Below, one piece after another: positions 61,701 through 64,000 of a DNA stretch of 64,000 nt (the stretch's first letter is position 1; each line of letters opens with the position of its first letter). Source of the DNA: Cenarchaeum sp. (GTDB lineage: Archaea > Thermoproteota > Nitrososphaeria > Nitrososphaerales > Nitrosopumilaceae). The stretch spans positions 608,001 to 672,000 of the forward strand of contig CBDESU010000001.1 in the NCBI GenBank assembly GCA_965242695.1. The letters run 5' to 3'. A program made the position numbers and the translations under genes. The notes under the pieces were generated by a model that did no database searches, was not told where the DNA came from, and saw only the letters and a list, made by a program, of their open reading frames with translations.

Positions 61701-61848
61701 CGTGGCGGGCGGACTCGGGGGCGGGCTAGAGAGGCCGCTGCAGTTCAAGGTGAACCTGGCGGCCCTTGGCAGCGGCGTGCAAAGCGGCGATCTCACCCAG
61801 TACATCACGTACGTGGCAGAGTGCGGCTACCCTGCCGGGCAGCAGTAG
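55705..61848 (+). CDS. Giant secreted zinc-metalloprotease / NHL / Ig-cadherin protein, paralog 2
   Basis: HELGH...EGWA; collinear with paralog 1; homologous ttaatat...agcaagc-GTG start context. Confidence 0.88.
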   Translation: MTLPTACAGSRKAGADTAGGAGPARGILAGIRNYALCAIALAATLSVAAAVSLPDVAQPASTWHGGATLLPLAAAHVAGGPDMEGSGIAGVDNAMRHALHRPAEAHLHPSTLALSEYPAVGGGMAELVFAVTYAGDMRQGGTGGAQGPAEPPIVRLDVTGSEHADLYRVTNIESNIGTAAPDVFEPYDFEAETARAEQGATYTVRATIEFAAEGFIPVYAVGFDGDIVTVNVAASAITSMPYVEYVATQQDYLDAASDEPSPSPTTNAGAPALVKHEDGDTIALRASAPPLLPSPGPAPLAESGMMPPMFNVTGTVMVENLARNFLPVHGIKVCAYDESSYRGIDYYVRLNTTSGEPACGYTDASGRYGVPGVIGADFVGTSPADVYVLVSSVGYGGAITLERYIPDTRTYEQYYTGSPTAIDYTGAVLVRNFNFSYGYTANPGMAVAANPGMAGAAQIISTISDGMAFFETYGQDPPNLTVRWNHDGKASAFPGVDVGGAFYLPGLATVYLDGDILYRSGSETFLNAGNSHDTHTILHELGHHIHLSHDTGFEQDCAVHRIHEKYDEACAWGEGWAQLVPHLVNDNAEVARGVNGLRYNLEAGHTVRPGGLNVTFGTFEASGRPIGEKVEGSVAAAMWDMADDEVDGVYDRPRPGRPAGADNSSAGVDDLLGVFFGGTYDTFADFYDRWEIDMRRDSAEDIAILHGMSFAIPSNTSYYGFAGELDGVSQHRISYQEQFDTIYDVLEFYTLSNAMVFRPNYVDVSDDGSTVAITSARGLGLQMIDANTGEHKGLYATYGYYHLCTLEADPLECMVDAERRVTAELGPAGFLSMDGIAFGLNSTVMVVSDGQRDSVQVIASRGEPLGRFGTTGNGTSEFNTPDGVAFLEDDSIAAVADAANARIQTFKIEGDGSAQYISQFTSYNTAGDPARPLTTQQLATGHDGTLYAAGFARPGIWMYPPEHGSSNATRIDDPSLRRLGGVAVDPAGLVYVSDRDQGRVRVYDPGNLRGVVVDAPSERLGDRQLAVRQVQGGSSAEAFIDEFGSLGRYTWQLGAPFGMSLGPPDAGTGDVRVYVADLNGVKMYEKDREPPRVASVWAHTADGMVVQGDTVEIAVNFTERVTVTGTPILALETGAAESNATYVSGSGSRTLTFNYTVGARANQSYIDYGGTGSLMLLPGDDGNSSATIIDGSGNAANLTLPERGTAASLAANAALWISANRTDVAPFGLAVIPQVEAVEHQRVEFAVSTANGSGPAADASYNMTGGPAEADISANGTFTWLPGETDSGMHAFVVRASQLGDANTTHARTFRILVAENNTAPVVDPVANMTAVALSELRFDIGAADADLPEQVLSYRLSSDRLTFATVLPNGTFVWTPSNYDLGTTVFNVTVADGLGIGVGDGGRDSATSVVFSVYVEPVRPSPVSVYAMSPDGGSTVEDALYAAGQTVRIAVNFSEPVSVRAGPGGSVPYIELSIGASNSSRAVYNSGSGTDMLVFGYTAAEGDETDLLSYAGSEALVLNGGTISSVASAELATTILPRPGSPNSLSGSSTVRVDAIRPAVESVYAPAGNMPYDAGGQVDIAVRFGENVTVTGSPTITLETGATDRDAVYDSGNSADTLVFRYTVQAGDISPLLDYTGTDALRAGAGSSIRDAAGNDADLTLPAPGANGSIAASAHISIGGGGQEWTGDLNVTLNIMPGGIPGTGNVTGGGNETQVMLNVTHIAADTGNGTDTGNGTDTGNGTDTGTGDVTATFPSGGATVNATFATVTFPPGATATSVPAHGVLVMRVVNEDDTDNLDVQDVLAYDGSNRVVVQRVVEIGEADGRVDFDMPVRISLDGQAGGRAFYIEANNTPITPIDLACAADDLERVHRQLDGEGECQMDSADGADKIIYTYHLTWFGTVLSESGAPAAPDHTCSARLAYQSLGVEARPGVYSPADSQTVINSGSLPFSSVGLNATPWYVNMSGPQPGPDTQRLPSNISEVSEDGGAYRAVENGTAVAGGLGGGLERPLQFKVNLAALGSGVQSGDLTQYITYVAECGYPAGQQ

Positions 61849-61982
61849 CGGCCACGGCGACGCGATCGCGCAGGCGCATGGGGGCGCGGTACCGCGCCGC
61901 CGGCCCGCGGGCCAGCTATTACTGACCACGGGTCAAAAAACATAGACAACGGCCGTTAACGTGCGCGGGGACGTGACGGGGC

Positions 61983-63287
61983 ATGAATGCCCCTGTCCTG
62001 CGCACGGCGGTAGCAGTTGCGGCCGCCGTTGCCGTCGCACTAGGAGGCGCGGCCGTACAGCCGGCCGAGGCCGCCGTACTGTGGGACCTCGTGGTAGAGG
62101 TCGACGTGGTCAACGCCCCGCTCGCCGAGGGGCAGGGGCCGGCCGTGCGCGGCACGGTGCTCGACCACGCCGGCGACCCCGTGGCCGGCGCAGCGGTGCA
62201 GGTCCGGACGGGCCACGGCGCCGCATCCGTGGTTGCGGCGCCCAACGGGACGTTTGCGCACGAGTTCGGGCCGCAGGCGCTCCTGCCAGGCGAGCACAGC
62301 GTCCATGTCGTGGCCACGGCCTCTTCGAACCGCATGGGGGTGGCAAGCGCCAGCTACCGCGTCGACGGCGACCTGACGCTCTCGTCGCACACGGCGCAGC
62401 TTCTCGCCACGCCCGAGGCGCAGAGGTACCTTGCGGCCGATCCGGCCGCCCTTGCCGGCGACCCGATAGGGATGCGCCTGTACGACTACTACCAGCGGCT
62501 CAGGGCGCAGCATGCGAGCGAAGAGGCCGGGCAGAGGGAGATCGACGGCCGGGCGGCCGAGTTCGACGAGGAGCGCATGATCGCCGACAACAGCACGCGG
62601 GCGGCCCTCGCCGAGCGGCACATGTCGGACGGCACGCTGAGCGGGTCCAGGATGGACTGGTTCCTGGGGAGCCTGGACCCGTCGATCCGCACCGTCGTCG
62701 CGCAGCAGATCAACTTTACGACCGGCGTGTTCGAGAGCGCAAGGGCCGCCATGCAGGAGGTGCTCGCTCGGGGAGGCAGCATAAAGGAGGCCCGCGCGGC
62801 CTACCTAGAGGCGGCGACCGTGCCAAAGAGCGTCATCGAGGACCTGGAGCTCGCCGAGAGGTACGGCGCCTGGTCGATAGTCGGGGGGCTGAACCTGTCG
62901 GCCGCAAGGGGGGAGGAAGCCGAGAACTCGACGGCCCCGCCCGATCCTGCCGACGGCGATGCGGCCGCTCCCACCAACTCGACGTCCCCGCACCTGCCGC
63001 CCTCTCCGGCCCCGTCGACTCCGGCCGCTCCCACCAACTCGACGTCCCCGCACCTGCCGCCCTCTCCGGCCCCGTCGACTCCGGCCGCTCCCACCAACTC
63101 GACGTCCCCGCATCCGCAGCCCCTGCCCGCCGCTCCCGCCAATTCCACCTCGCCGCAGCCCGCCGCTCCGCCTCCCGCCGCCCGAATAGAGGTAGTCCAG
63201 AGCGGGACGACGATCGTGCTCAACATCAACGGCACGGCCACCGAGTTTGTCGTCAACGGGACGAACGTGGTCCAAAAGGGGCCGTAG
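61983..63287 (+). CDS. Secreted protein with Ig-like (carboxypeptidase-regulatory-like) domain and Pro/Ser/Thr repeats
   Basis: Signal peptide ending AEA; VRGTVLDHAGDPVAGAAVQV; 60-bp repeats at about 62963-63120. Confidence 0.8.
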   Translation: MNAPVLRTAVAVAAAVAVALGGAAVQPAEAAVLWDLVVEVDVVNAPLAEGQGPAVRGTVLDHAGDPVAGAAVQVRTGHGAASVVAAPNGTFAHEFGPQALLPGEHSVHVVATASSNRMGVASASYRVDGDLTLSSHTAQLLATPEAQRYLAADPAALAGDPIGMRLYDYYQRLRAQHASEEAGQREIDGRAAEFDEERMIADNSTRAALAERHMSDGTLSGSRMDWFLGSLDPSIRTVVAQQINFTTGVFESARAAMQEVLARGGSIKEARAAYLEAATVPKSVIEDLELAERYGAWSIVGGLNLSAARGEEAENSTAPPDPADGDAAAPTNSTSPHLPPSPAPSTPAAPTNSTSPHLPPSPAPSTPAAPTNSTSPHPQPLPAAPANSTSPQPAAPPPAARIEVVQSGTTIVLNINGTATEFVVNGTNVVQKGP

Positions 63288-63440
63288 TCCCCCATAGGCG
63301 GCCGCCGGACGGGCCGCGGGCATGCCCCGCGCATGCCACCCTTGGAGGCGGCATCCGGCAGATCGCCGGGCAATGTGGGCCAAGGCCCCGCCCCCGCGCC
63401 GCCGCTAAGCGACATAAGGGGCGCGGCGCAGGCGCCGCGC

Positions 63441-64000
63441 ATGATGATGAGCCTGGAGCCGGCGGTGGTCAAGTGGATAGTCGACAGCAGCGGCATGGCG
63501 CACGCCGACCTGGCAAAGCGGCTGAAGGTGGATGCGGCAACGCTTGGCGGTTGGATCAAGACCGGCAGGATGGAGTACGGAAAGATCGACGCCATGGCCA
63601 GGTGCGTAAAGAGGCCGACGACCCTGTTCCTTCTCAAGGAGCCGCCCGAGGAAGAGGACATTCCGGACTTCAGGACGATGGGAGGGGCTGCAAGGGGACT
63701 CGGCCCCGAGGATCGGATAACCGTCAGAGGGCCCTCTATGCGCAGTACGTGGCGGGCGACATGATGGGCGTACTCGGGGCAGATCCAGAGCCGGCGATCG
63801 GCGGCGCGGTTGCAGTAGATGACCGACCCGAGGAGATCGCGCAGAGGGAGTCAAAGGCCCTGGGCCTGCCCGGCCGAGGTGGGCGCGCTGCCCGCGGGGG
63901 CGCGCGAGGATTCTACGAATGCCTGCGCGACTCGGTCGAGGGGCGCAACGTGCTTGTCTTCCAGGATGCAATGGATGCCGGCGCCGTGCGCGTAGTCTCG
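63441..64000 (+). pseudogene. XRE-HTH / ImmA(IrrE)-type metallopeptidase fusion, two apparent frameshifts, runs off the window
   Basis: LAKRLKVD..LGGWIK HTH, KRPTTLFLLKEPPEE..PDFRT. Continues in shifted frames near 63730 (ALYAQYVA..) and near 63912 (FYECLRDSVEGRNVLVFQ). The HExxH would lie beyond the window. Confidence 0.65.

Overview
High-GC archaeal DNA, most likely an ammonia-oxidising Nitrososphaerota (Nitrosopumilaceae/Cenarchaeum-like, possibly host-associated). This is inferred from TATA-like boxes about 25 bp upstream of near-leaderless start codons and from thaumarchaeal-type genes. Housekeeping genes (radical SAM fragment, Lrp, DnaJ, FAD oxidoreductase, carbonic anhydrase-like, TauE, DUF371, SNF2 helicase) are interleaved with three giant surface proteins and conflict/defence genes. 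The defence genes are DUF262, a Type ISP R-M enzyme, two HEPN-TPR proteins and an XRE-ImmA-like gene. Main findings: (1) a five-unit, ~1.5-kb-period tandem array of convergent, 3'-overlapping PIN-nuclease / SocA(Panacea)-like gene pairs with mosaic diversification, one unit cleanly interrupted by an IS630 element; (2) two unrelated sites with identical geometry of 37-bp perfect direct repeat / 34-bp unique insert / 37-bp repeat, resembling ectopic CRISPR-spacer integrations; (3) HEPN (RxxxxH) domains fused to TPR arrays, one with 15 near-identical 34-aa repeats of three interchangeable types, each flanked by tandemly amplified convergent small genes and silent TPR remnants; (4) a GPS-like HL|T-x-F motif in two giant archaeal metalloprotease-adhesins. 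All family calls come from motif recognition by eye, not database searches. No rRNA, tRNA, cas gene, reverse transcriptase or true CRISPR array was recognised.
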